Part shown: piece after piece, positions 39,860-48,558 of the stretch | Layout of the letters: the number at the start of each line of letters is the position of its first letter | Position numbering within the stretch: the first letter of the stretch is position 1 | Source: an uncultured Actinomycetes bacterium | GTDB lineage: Bacteria > Actinomycetota > Thermoleophilia > RBG-16-64-13 | Assembly (NCBI GenBank): GCA_963806155.1 | Contig: CAWDXC010000018.1 | Location: 112,605 to 176,604 of the forward strand | DNA length: 64,000 nucleotides | Reading direction: 5' to 3' | The notes under the pieces: model-generated | Databases searched by the model: none | Told to the model about the DNA's origin: nothing | Seen by the model: the letters and a program-made list of their open reading frames with translations, nothing else | Made by a program: the position numbers and the translations under genes

Positions 39860-41009
39860 CAGTGGAAAAGATATCTACGAACGACTGGTGGATGCGCTGG
39901 ACGCACTTCCCAGCGGTTTCGCCAGAACGCCTTCAGGGGTGGAAACGAAGCTGATCAAAATGGCGTTCACGCCCGAGGAGGTCTCGCTTGCCGGCCAACT
40001 GAGCCGCACCCCCGAGACTGCTGCTGAGATCGCGCAGCGGGCCGGTCTTGACGAGACCCAGGCAACGGCGATACTCGAGAGCTTGGTGCCAAGACGTCTG
40101 GTTCGCCTGGACTCGCCTGGGATGGCCGCTCCCGGCCTGACCGCTCCGGTCGAGGGCGTGAGGAAATACCGGCTGGGCCCCTTTCTGGTCGGCTGGTACG
40201 AAGCCAGTATGCGGCTGCTGGACAAGGAGTTTGCCGAACTCTTCGAACAGTATGTGAGTGAGGGTGGAGGTGAGCGGATCTTCTCGCCGCGCCCTGGTGT
40301 GCTTGGCGTCGTTCCGGTACGGGGCTCGCTCAAGCCTGAGTTGATGGAGCTGATGGAGCCCCACCTTGATATAGACGCCCATTTCCAACGGCACGAACGC
40401 TTTCTCGTGATTGACTGCGTGTGTAAGAGGGAGAAGGCCACATTGCATGGCCACAGTTGCGAGCAGCCTATCAGGCGTTGTGGCTTTGTAGGGCTGCCGC
40501 CGCAGACTCCGCTTGGGCAAACCGTGCTTGACCGGCAGGATGCGTCAAAGCTTCTTGCTGAGCTCGGGCAGATGGGGCACGTTCAGCTCGCCTTCTATGG
40601 GTTCACCATGGGAGCGGACTCCCCTCAGTTTGTAGGAACGTGTAACTGCTGCTCGTGCTGCTGTGGGATATTTCAGGGCCAGAAGATGTCGGCCATAGAG
40701 GAAGGGCCGCAGAGATCGAATTACCGTGCCATCGTCGCTGCAGACAAATGTATCTCCTGCGGCGTGTGCATCGAGCGTTGCCCGGTGGACGCCATCGCTG
40801 ATGATGGCATGTCGGCGAAGGTGGAACGGGCAAAGTGCATCGGGTGTGGAGTGTGCGTGATCGGATGCGCATCTGATGCGATCGAGCTCGAGCCGGTATC
40901 TGCCGAGGAGTGGTTCCACGTTCCTTCCAGCTTTGCGGACTGGGAAGAAAGGCGCCTGCAGAATCTGGCTGGCGGAGGTAGTAACGGGCGCGACAGTGAC
41001 GACGTGTAA
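39846..41009 (+). CDS. 4Fe-4S dicluster protein with N-terminal wHTH-like region
   Basis: FTPEEVSLAGQL..ETAAEIAQRAG; DCVCK, TCNCCSCCCG, CISCGVCIERCP, CIGCGVCVIGC. Confidence 0.88.
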   Translation: MDTANSGKDIYERLVDALDALPSGFARTPSGVETKLIKMAFTPEEVSLAGQLSRTPETAAEIAQRAGLDETQATAILESLVPRRLVRLDSPGMAAPGLTAPVEGVRKYRLGPFLVGWYEASMRLLDKEFAELFEQYVSEGGGERIFSPRPGVLGVVPVRGSLKPELMELMEPHLDIDAHFQRHERFLVIDCVCKREKATLHGHSCEQPIRRCGFVGLPPQTPLGQTVLDRQDASKLLAELGQMGHVQLAFYGFTMGADSPQFVGTCNCCSCCCGIFQGQKMSAIEEGPQRSNYRAIVAADKCISCGVCIERCPVDAIADDGMSAKVERAKCIGCGVCVIGCASDAIELEPVSAEEWFHVPSSFADWEERRLQNLAGGGSNGRDSDDV

Positions 41010-41068
41010 GATGTGTACCGGAAGGGTTACTTGGGAACTCTCCGTGTCCCAACAAAAGGAGTAAGACA

Positions 41069-41494
41069 ATGTTCGATCTTCCACTGGAGTACGCTCTGAT
41101 CGAATTCGAGGACGCCAAGTTCTCGGGCAAGATCATCCCCGAGCTCCTCGATCTGGCCGCGCGCGGCATCGTGCGATTCGTAGACATCGTCTTCATCGAG
41201 AAACAGGAGGACGGCAGCACGCGCACTCTCGAACTCAACGATCTCGACCCCGAGACCTACGAGATGTTCGTCCCCCTGGGCGAGCACGTCTCCAACTTCT
41301 TCACGAACGACGACCTGCAGATCGCGGCGAGCAAGCTCCCCGATAAGTCGGCGGCGGTGCTCTTCCTATGGGAAAACCTGTGGGTCGCCGATCTCCGCAA
41401 AGCCATCGTTGATGCCGGTGGCCGGCTGGTGGAGCGCGCACAGATCGCTCCTGAGGTACTCGAGCAGTTCGAGCAGGAACTCGCCGCCGAATAG
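41069..41494 (+). CDS. DUF6325-family protein
   Basis: PLEYALIEFEDAKFSGKIIPELLDL..GIVRFVDIVFIEK; LWENLW; GGRLV. Confidence 0.8.
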   Translation: MFDLPLEYALIEFEDAKFSGKIIPELLDLAARGIVRFVDIVFIEKQEDGSTRTLELNDLDPETYEMFVPLGEHVSNFFTNDDLQIAASKLPDKSAAVLFLWENLWVADLRKAIVDAGGRLVERAQIAPEVLEQFEQELAAE

Positions 41495-41550
41495 CGCGAG
41501 ACTCCGAAGCTCACCGTCCGTCAAGTCATCTCTTCAGAGGAGGCAGCGTC

Positions 41551-41793
41551 ATGGCACCTAGAATAGGACCGAATCCCCCGGGACCCGTCGGCGGAGTTGG
41601 CCGCGGACCGAACCCGCCCGGCCCCATCGGCGGGGTTGGCGGCGGTATCAACCCCCCCGGCCCAGTGGGCGGGGTCGGCGGCGGAATCAATCCCCCGGGA
41701 CCTGTCGGCGGGGTTGGCCGCGGACCGAACCCCCCTGGCCCGGTCGGCGGGGTCGGCGGTGGACGCCGCAACGGCGTCGGGCTGATGCGATAA
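41551..41793 (+). CDS. 80-aa Gly/Pro-repeat microprotein
   Basis: GAGGAGG RBS 7 nt before ATG; five 13-aa units G(P/I)NPPGP(V/I)GGVG(R/G); co-oriented with its neighbours. Confidence 0.65.
   Translation: MAPRIGPNPPGPVGGVGRGPNPPGPIGGVGGGINPPGPVGGVGGGINPPGPVGGVGRGPNPPGPVGGVGGGRRNGVGLMR
41566..41760 (+). repeat. 39-bp tandem repeat x5 (coding)
   Basis: Units such as GGACCGAATCCCCCGGGACCCGTCGGCGGAGTTGGCCGC that vary mainly at third codon positions. Confidence 0.9.
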
Positions 41794-41922
41794 CCGGCAC
41801 GGCAACGTCGGCGTCGGTGAGCCGCTCCGCTCACTGTCGCCGTGATTGATAGTGGCGAGTTTGCGGTATATGGTCAACGAGGCTTCAAGCGAATTGGTGC
41901 CCACACAACAGAGGAGAAACCC

Positions 41923-42471
41923 ATGGCTATCGGACCCGTACAACTGCTTGTGATCGGATTCGACTCCCCGGAATTCAGAGGCGAGGCCCTCGACGAACTC
42001 GCACGGCTCCGCGAAAGCAACGCGGTCAGGGTCATCGACGCGCTTACGCTCTACAAGGACCCCGAGGGCGTCATGAACGTGATACGGATGAGCAACCTGA
42101 CCCAGGATGAGTCCATCGAGTTCGGCGCCAAAGTGGGCGCGCTTATCGGCCTGGGCGCGGCCGGCGCGGAAGGATTCGTGGCCGGAGCCGAGCTCGGCGC
42201 CATAGCCGGCGAAGACGGCATCGAGATCTTCTCCGACAACACGGCGGCGGACATCCTCGAGGATATCCCGAACGACTCGGCCGTGGCCCTCGTGCTCCTC
42301 GAGCATCACTGGGCGGTCCCCCTGCGGGATGCGATCTGGCGTGCCGGCGGCTTCAATCTGGCGAGCAGCTTCATCAGGCCGCGCGACCTCATCGCCATCG
42401 GTCTCGTCAGTGCCGCTGAGGCCGAGGAACTGGCCGCGCTCGAGATGGGCGACGAAGAAGACGAAGACTAG
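41923..42471 (+). CDS. DUF6325/DUF1269-like protein
   Basis: GAGGAG RBS; MAIGPVQLLVIGF..FRGE..LRESNAVRVIDAL; LLEHHWAVPLRDAI. Confidence 0.8.
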   Translation: MAIGPVQLLVIGFDSPEFRGEALDELARLRESNAVRVIDALTLYKDPEGVMNVIRMSNLTQDESIEFGAKVGALIGLGAAGAEGFVAGAELGAIAGEDGIEIFSDNTAADILEDIPNDSAVALVLLEHHWAVPLRDAIWRAGGFNLASSFIRPRDLIAIGLVSAAEAEELAALEMGDEEDED

Positions 42472-42593
42472 GCAGAGGCTCCGACAGTAGCGGTTGCTGG
42501 ACGCGCCCCGGCCGGCCTCAGCGAGAGGCCGGCCGGGGCGCCGCTCTTTCTTGACCGTCGCGGGGCCGCGCACGGGAACCCCGGGACGTGCGG

Positions 42594-43196
42594 CTAACCG
42601 GCCTCCGGCCCGCAGCGGCCACTGCACACGCCCTCCCAGATCATCGTATCGACCTCCAGCAGCGCCTCTCTGGCAGTGAGACCGGCCGCGGCGAGCAAGT
42701 CTTCATCACGGATCGCGAAGGCGATGTACCTGAACATGCCGACGGCGAAACGAACGTTCACCGGCCTGATCTCACCAGCCTGGGCTGCCTCTTCGAGCAG
42801 TGCGGAGAAGCGTTCGATGAAACGGTCCGATATGATTTCTCGATAGGCCCGTCGCGTTCCCTCAAAGTACTCGACGTCGCGGCGGAAAGCAGACGACAGC
42901 TCGCGAAGACCGTCGGCTCCCTCACGGTAGTAGGTGCGAGCCCGTGCAGAGGGGGTGGAGCAGTCACGCGACCGAGCGTCGATCTGGGTGAGCAGGCGCT
43001 CTCCCCACCGTTCGAGAGCGACGATCACGAGATCGATCTTGCTTGGCGCGAGCTTGTAGAGGGTGGCGACCGAACAGTGAAGCTCGCGTGCGAGGTCGGC
43101 CATCTTCAGCTCGGAGAAGCCCTTCGTCGCGGCGATGTGCATCACCCCGTCGAGCAGTTCCTCTCTGCGGCCGTTCTTCAGTCTTGTGCGCGGCAA
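42594..43196 (-). CDS. TetR/AcrR-family transcriptional regulator
   Basis: REELLDGVMHIAATKGFSELKMADLARELHCSVATLYKLAPSKIDL. Confidence 0.9.
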   Translation of the reverse strand: MPRTRLKNGRREELLDGVMHIAATKGFSELKMADLARELHCSVATLYKLAPSKIDLVIVALERWGERLLTQIDARSRDCSTPSARARTYYREGADGLRELSSAFRRDVEYFEGTRRAYREIISDRFIERFSALLEEAAQAGEIRPVNVRFAVGMFRYIAFAIRDEDLLAAAGLTAREALLEVDTMIWEGVCSGRCGPEAG

Positions 43197-43369
43197 TCGT
43201 CCTCCACTACGCCGGGGGAAGCCTCTGAGGGAGTCGCCTGTAGGAAACCGCCCCGCCGATTGTACATCCTCCCATATAGGTACTATGATGCGTCATTGGT
43301 TACTAATACTGTATCGGAAAGCCGCAGGTTGAGTATTCCGGTGGCGTCACAAGAGGGGAGCACTGAGCG

Positions 43370-44546
43370 ATGGGTACGATGACTATCAAGGGCAAGACGA
43401 TGCGTTCCGTGGATGTGGACTGGAACGAGTTCTACTACACCAACTGCCCCCTCGTGTCCCCCAGCAACGTCGACCAGGAGATCGGCTGGGTGAAGGAAGA
43501 GTTCAAGAAGATCGGCATCGCATACAAGTTCCTTCGCTCCACCCGCGAGAACGACTGGTACCCGCACTACGTCCACAACCTCGACAACCTGATGCGCTAT
43601 GGAGGCTGCTTCCCGGCCATCCACGTCCAAGCCGACATCCGCCGCACCCGGCTCATCGGGACGACGCATGTGTACGAAGGCGGCTGCATGCTGGTGCGCG
43701 CCCGGGACCCCATCTACCGCATGAAGGACCTGAAGGGCAAGAAGATCGGCCTCTCCAAGAGCCTGAACATCATCAAGAACGACTGGTGGCGCGTCCAGGA
43801 GGAACAGGGCATCGAGCTGATGCTCATGCTCAACGACATGACCCGCGATGACGTGGAGATCGTGGAGTTCCCCTACCCGGACGACTGGTACGACAACCCC
43901 GCGATGCTCGCCCCCATGGAGAACCCGTCGGAGCTGTGGCTCAAGCGCGACCACAAGCACGACCTGGCCTTCCGCCCGCTGGAGACGGCGCTGCTGAGGG
44001 GCGTCGTGGATGCGATCTACACCCAGACCGGACCCTTCCAGCATAGCCAGGAGCAGACGGGCAAGATCAAGGCCATCGAGAACCTGGCCAACTATCCGGA
44101 CTGGACCCTGCAGGGAGCCAATGTCCCGGCCACCTGCACGGTCAGCGATGTGGCGTGCGAGGAGCACCCCGAGGTGGTCGTCACCATTCTGAAGGGCCTC
44201 ATCAAGGTGGGGCGCTGGGCCAACGAGCACAAGCACGCCGCCGCGGCGATCCTCGACAAGCAGACCTTCTACCTGGACGTCGAGGACACCTACCGGAGCA
44301 TCCTGAACGTCGACCTGGTGCCCAGCCTGTCGCCCTATAACCTGGAAGCCCTTCAGATCAACAAGGACTTCATGCTGAGCCACGGCTACATCGAGCACGA
44401 CTTCGACGTGTTCGAGTGGGCCGCGCCGGAATTCATGGAGAAGGCGGCGGCAGGAGCTGCTCGAGGAAGAGTGGAAGAAGCGCAGCATGGCCAGGCTTCC
44501 CCAGCCGACCACGCTGGAGGAGGCCATGTCGGCGCGGCTCGGGTAG
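43370..44546 (+). CDS. DszB-like (SsuA/THI5-fold) protein, putative desulfinase; C-terminal frameshift
   Basis: YYTNCPLVS, HYVHNL, RYGGCFP, DLKGKKIGL, ALLRGVVDAIY, KDFMLSHGYIEHDFDVFEWAAPEF; no signal peptide. Confidence 0.7.
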
Positions 44547-44579
44547 TTGGTTCACTCCACTCTAGAAGGAGATGACTAC

Positions 44580-45083
44580 GTGACCGATCATCAAGTCCCC
44601 GAGAAGAAGCAGACGGTCCTGGGCCTCTACGTGACGGCCCAAGAAGCCTACGAGATGTGGGAGGTGGACCCCGACGGCGTCAACATCCTCGACGTCCGCA
44701 TTCCCGAGGAGTACCTGTTCGTCGGCCATCCGAAGATGGCGAGGAACATCCCCCTCCTCTTCGTGAGGTACGCCTGGGATGCTGCGAAGAACCAGCCGGC
44801 TGTGCGGCCGAACCCCGATTTCGCCTCCGCCGTCATGAAGGCCTTCGGTCCCGGCGACACGCTGCTGGTCATGTGCCGCTCCGGTGGCCGCAGCGCGCTG
44901 GCCGTCAACGGCCTGGCCAAAGCGGGCTTCACCAGGGCCTACAACATCATCGACGGTTTCGAGGGCGACAAGGTAGACGATCCGGGCAGCGCGTACCACG
45001 GCAAGCGGATGCGGAACGGCTGGAAGAACTCCGGGTCGCCGTGGACCTACGACGTCGATCCAGAGCTGCTTGTGGCTCGCTGA
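44580..45083 (+). CDS. Rhodanese-like sulfurtransferase
   Basis: ILDVRIPEEYLFVGHP, VMCRSGGRSA, YNIIDGFEG, NGWKNSGSPW. Confidence 0.88.
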   Translation: MTDHQVPEKKQTVLGLYVTAQEAYEMWEVDPDGVNILDVRIPEEYLFVGHPKMARNIPLLFVRYAWDAAKNQPAVRPNPDFASAVMKAFGPGDTLLVMCRSGGRSALAVNGLAKAGFTRAYNIIDGFEGDKVDDPGSAYHGKRMRNGWKNSGSPWTYDVDPELLVAR

Positions 45084-45120
45084 AGATAAATAGGCCGCGC
45101 CGGACAGTTGGGGGATCGCC

Positions 45121-46005
45121 ATGACGATCGAGTCGTTCTTCTCCGCCGTCGCCGCCTTGTCCGGTCTGCTGTTCGTCGTCGCCAGCATGCTGGGGACTGG
45201 GCTCAGCCTGACTGTGAGTCAGATCGTCCGACCGCTGAAGAACGTCCCCTTGGTGATCCTGGCGTTGGTCGCGAACTTCGTGCTTGTGCCGCTGCTCGCC
45301 TGGGGCATCACCAGCGCGATCACTCTCGACGAGCCTCTCAAGATCGGGCTGATCGTGCTGTCGACCGTGGCCGGCGCGCCCTTCTTGGTAAAGGAGATCC
45401 AGGCTGCCAAGGGGGACCTGGCTCTGGGCGTCGGCCTGATGTTTCTGATGATGATAGTGACCATCGCCTACGTGCCCCTCGTTCTGCCGCGGCTTCTTTC
45501 CGGCGTCGAGGTCGACGCGTGGGCGATCGCGAAGTCGCTGATCGTGACCATGCTCGTACCGATCGTGATAGGCCTGCTCTGGAAGTCGCATTCAGGGGAC
45601 AGCGCGAAGAACTGGGCGCCGATCATGAACAAGATCTCCGGTATCTCGCTGATCCTCTTGTTGGTGACCGGACTGGGCTTGAACATATCGAACATAATCA
45701 GCTTGATCGGTTCGCGTGGCTTCCTCGCTGTGATCCTCTTTGTCGTCGGGTCGTTCGTGATCGGGTTCGTGCTGGGCGGCCGTAAGGCGGCCACCCGCAG
45801 CGTCTTGGGTCTGGGTACGGCGCAGCGCAACGTGGCGGCCGCTATTCTCGTAACCAGTTTGAATTTCTCTGGAACGATGACGCTTCCGTACGTGCTGGTG
45901 GCCGCCATCCTCTTGCCGGTGATCTTGATCCCGGTGGCGCGACTGCTCGGCAAACGTGGCGGGGCGTCAGTCGCCGCAGGCGCCGGCAGCCAGGATCCGC
46001 AGTAG
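45121..46005 (+). CDS. Bile acid:sodium symporter (SBF)-family transporter
   Basis: SMLGTGLSL, ANFVLVPLLAW, AGAPF..AKGD, LGTAQRNVAAA. Confidence 0.85.
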   Translation: MTIESFFSAVAALSGLLFVVASMLGTGLSLTVSQIVRPLKNVPLVILALVANFVLVPLLAWGITSAITLDEPLKIGLIVLSTVAGAPFLVKEIQAAKGDLALGVGLMFLMMIVTIAYVPLVLPRLLSGVEVDAWAIAKSLIVTMLVPIVIGLLWKSHSGDSAKNWAPIMNKISGISLILLLVTGLGLNISNIISLIGSRGFLAVILFVVGSFVIGFVLGGRKAATRSVLGLGTAQRNVAAAILVTSLNFSGTMTLPYVLVAAILLPVILIPVARLLGKRGGASVAAGAGSQDPQ

Positions 46006-46428
46006 GACCTCTCGGAATCGTTCCCGGTCTTCCGGCTGGAAGGGGCTGGGCCCGGTGGTGCGCCCGCCGGCGCGGCGATGCCTTTGCTCGGCGTGACGGA
46101 TCGCCAGCTCCGCGTCGATCGTCGCCGCAAGGTACTCGCGGCCTCGCGGGCTGATCACCCGGCACCTGCGGCTTAGCGCCATGGCCGCCAGTCCGGTGTC
46201 GGCCGTCACGACGATGTCGCCCGGTGAGAGCTTAGGCACCATCGCGAAGTCGGCTGAGTCGCGGCCGGATGCGACCTGCAGGATCTCGACGCCCGTTCGA
46301 TCGGCATACCGGGCAAGATTCTGGGACTGATTCGCGACCAGTACGACCGGCGCCGATCGGGAGCGGGCCAAGGCTATCGCGTCACGGGTCACCGGACAGG
46401 CATCTGCATCGACGAAGACCGTGGTCAT
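45967..46428 (-). CDS. YaiI/YqxD (DUF188) family protein
   Basis: VFVDADACPV, DSADF, GDIVVTADTGLAA, SPRGREY, GGRTTGPSPF. Confidence 0.9.
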   Translation of the reverse strand: MTTVFVDADACPVTRDAIALARSRSAPVVLVANQSQNLARYADRTGVEILQVASGRDSADFAMVPKLSPGDIVVTADTGLAAMALSRRCRVISPRGREYLAATIDAELAIRHAEQRHRRAGGRTTGPSPFQPEDRERFREVLLRILAAGACGD

Positions 46429-46477
46429 GGGCTCAGACTAGACCAGGCCGGAGTCGCTTGGTACGCGCGGAGCCCCG

Positions 46478-46642
46478 CTATCCCCGGGGATGAGAGGAAT
46501 ACTGTGCGAGATCGGCTTGGTGTCGGGCGTCCTTCTCGCTGGCGCAGAAACCCTGCTGCAGACGACCCTTGACCCACACCCGCCAGACCCACAGCGGTCG
46601 CTCCGATGTCGATGTCGATGCCTCAGATACTTGGACCTTCAT
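46478..46642 (-). CDS. Small hypothetical protein
   Basis: GAGAGG upstream of ATG; LWVWRVWVKGRLQQGFCASEKDAR. Confidence 0.35.
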   Translation of the reverse strand: MKVQVSEASTSTSERPLWVWRVWVKGRLQQGFCASEKDARHQADLAQYSSHPRG

Positions 46643-46841
46643 GGTCTGGATGTCCTCTCGCTCGTTGGTTCTGTCTGAGGAGGAAGAGGACGGGGAAGCC
46701 GGCGCGTTCGCTCGTGCTTCGGCGCGCCTCACAGATAGCGGCGCCCGTTCTGGCCCTTCTGACAGCAGATAGTGTCTCTACTTACCTGCACTATACGCCT
46801 AAGTCCGCCGGGGCGCCGTTCCTGCGCCCTGCGGGGGGCCG

Positions 46842-47609
46842 TCACCTCTCCTCCGTCTCCTTCTCAGCCTCTAGCCTTCCCTCTTCCCTCACACGCGCCT
46901 CGCGCTCCATGAACTTCTCCCGCCCCTCGCTGTATGCCGGCAGGGCCCAGGTCATCTTCTCGAGGCTCTTGATGATCACCGGGATCTTGTCCCAGGGGAT
47001 GGAGATGAGGATCCAGCCTTCGGGTAGCGCCTGCCGCGCCTTGGAGCCGAAGCCCATCCCGGTGATCATGTGGTTCACCTTGCCCGTCAGCCACGGGTAG
47101 GCGAAGATCCAGGAGCAACTCAATACCGGGGTCTTGACGCTTTCCCACAGCTCGCCGGTGGAGTAGCTCATCGCCCGGAGCACGATCTCGGCCTGGGAGG
47201 GAGTGGCCATGAGAATCAGCAGGTCGGGCTCGAAGGTCAGGGCGTCCAGTACCGAGAACGCTGCGTAGTTGACCGTGCCCTTCGCGAATCTCGGGACGTG
47301 CTGATAGATCCTCTCGTTGGCCCGCGGCTCCTCGTACACACCGAACTTCTCGCCCAGCAGCCCGGCCTCGGCGAAGATGGGCGCCTCCTCCATCCCGAGG
47401 ACGACCCTTCCGAAGCAATCCTCTTCCTTCTTGGAGAAATAGAAGGGGGTGCCTCTTTCCTGCGCTATCCGGATCATGTCGCAGAAGGCGGCCGGTTTGT
47501 CGAGCTGGTCGATCCCCTCGGGCCGGCCGAACAGGAACTTCACGCCTACCGGCGGGTGTACGAACTCGAACTCCCGGAATATCGAAAGATCGGTCTCCAG
47601 CTTCCTCAT
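46842..47609 (-). CDS. DUF169-family protein
   Basis: GGAGG RBS; PVGVKF, FCDMI, EDCFG, EPDLLI..PSQAEIVLRA..Y.TG, SCSW. Confidence 0.85.
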   Translation of the reverse strand: MRKLETDLSIFREFEFVHPPVGVKFLFGRPEGIDQLDKPAAFCDMIRIAQERGTPFYFSKKEEDCFGRVVLGMEEAPIFAEAGLLGEKFGVYEEPRANERIYQHVPRFAKGTVNYAAFSVLDALTFEPDLLILMATPSQAEIVLRAMSYSTGELWESVKTPVLSCSWIFAYPWLTGKVNHMITGMGFGSKARQALPEGWILISIPWDKIPVIIKSLEKMTWALPAYSEGREKFMEREARVREEGRLEAEKETEER

Positions 47610-47726
47610 GACACCTCCAAGCGGTTGGCCGGGCTAGAGCGGCGGCAACAGAAGCGATTCCTGCCGCGTGCTGCACATGCCCATCATAGACAGGCAGGCC
47701 AGGGCTCCGCTATGCTCCGAACACCG

Positions 47727-48558
47727 ATGAGTCCGAAAAGACAAACGCGACTTGATCAGTCCGGTCCGGGCTTCGCCGAGCGCTACGGCCCTTGGGCGCT
47801 GATTGCCGGCGCTTCCGAGGGCTTGGGCGCCGCCTACGCCGACGCGCTTGCCCGGCGTGGCCTCGATCTCGTCCTGGTCGCACGGCGAAAAGCGCTCCTC
47901 GACGACCTCGCGGAGGGCCTGCGCGGCACGCACGGCGTCGAGGTCCTCGCGCTGGACGGCGATCTGGGGGAGCGGCACTTCCTGGAAAGTCTGCACGAGG
48001 CCTGTTCGGCGCTGGAAGTCGGCCTAGTCGTCTACAACGCAGCTCATGCGCCCATCGGCGAGTTCGTCGCGACCCCGCTTGACGACCTGTTGCGGGTGGC
48101 CGCGGTGAACATCCGGGCGCCGGTCGCGCTGGTCCGGGGGTTGCTGCCGGGCATGACCGAGCGCGGACGGGGTGGTGTGATCCTCATGACCTCTCTGGCC
48201 GGCAACCAGGGCTCGCCCTACATCGCCACCTACGCGGCAAGCAAGGCCTTCAACCGGGTGCTGGCCGAGGGTCTGTGGTACGAACTGAAGGACAAGGGCG
48301 TGGATGTGGTCGCCTGCTGCACCGGTGCGGTGCGCACACCCGGCTACGCGGGGGCGGCGGCAGGAAAGGATGCTCCCGGCACGCTCGATCCCGACGAAGT
48401 GGTGGAGCAGGCGCTGCGGGCGCTGGGCCGGGGGCCGGTCGTGATCCCCGGCAGGGTCAATAGAGTGGCGAGTGTCTTCATGAGCCGTCTGCTGCCCCGC
48501 CGCAGGGCCATTTCCATCATGGCGCGGCAACACTGTCGATCTCAAGGACGTCCCATGA
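47727..48558 (+). CDS. Short-chain dehydrogenase/reductase (17beta-HSD/KAR-like)
   Basis: YGPWALIAGASEGLG, LVARR, VYNAA, YAASKAF; probable stop TGA 48556-48558 after a 1-nt indel. Confidence 0.85.

Noticed and set aside
41566-41760. Regularly spaced repeats resembling a CRISPR array
   Set aside because: Units are contiguous 39-mers with no unique spacers, vary at codon third positions, and no cas genes are present.
43260-43320. AT-rich imperfect palindrome between tetR and the DszB-like gene as a TetR operator
   Set aside because: Plausible location, but the symmetry (ATGA-N4-TCAT core) is too weak to call from sequence alone.
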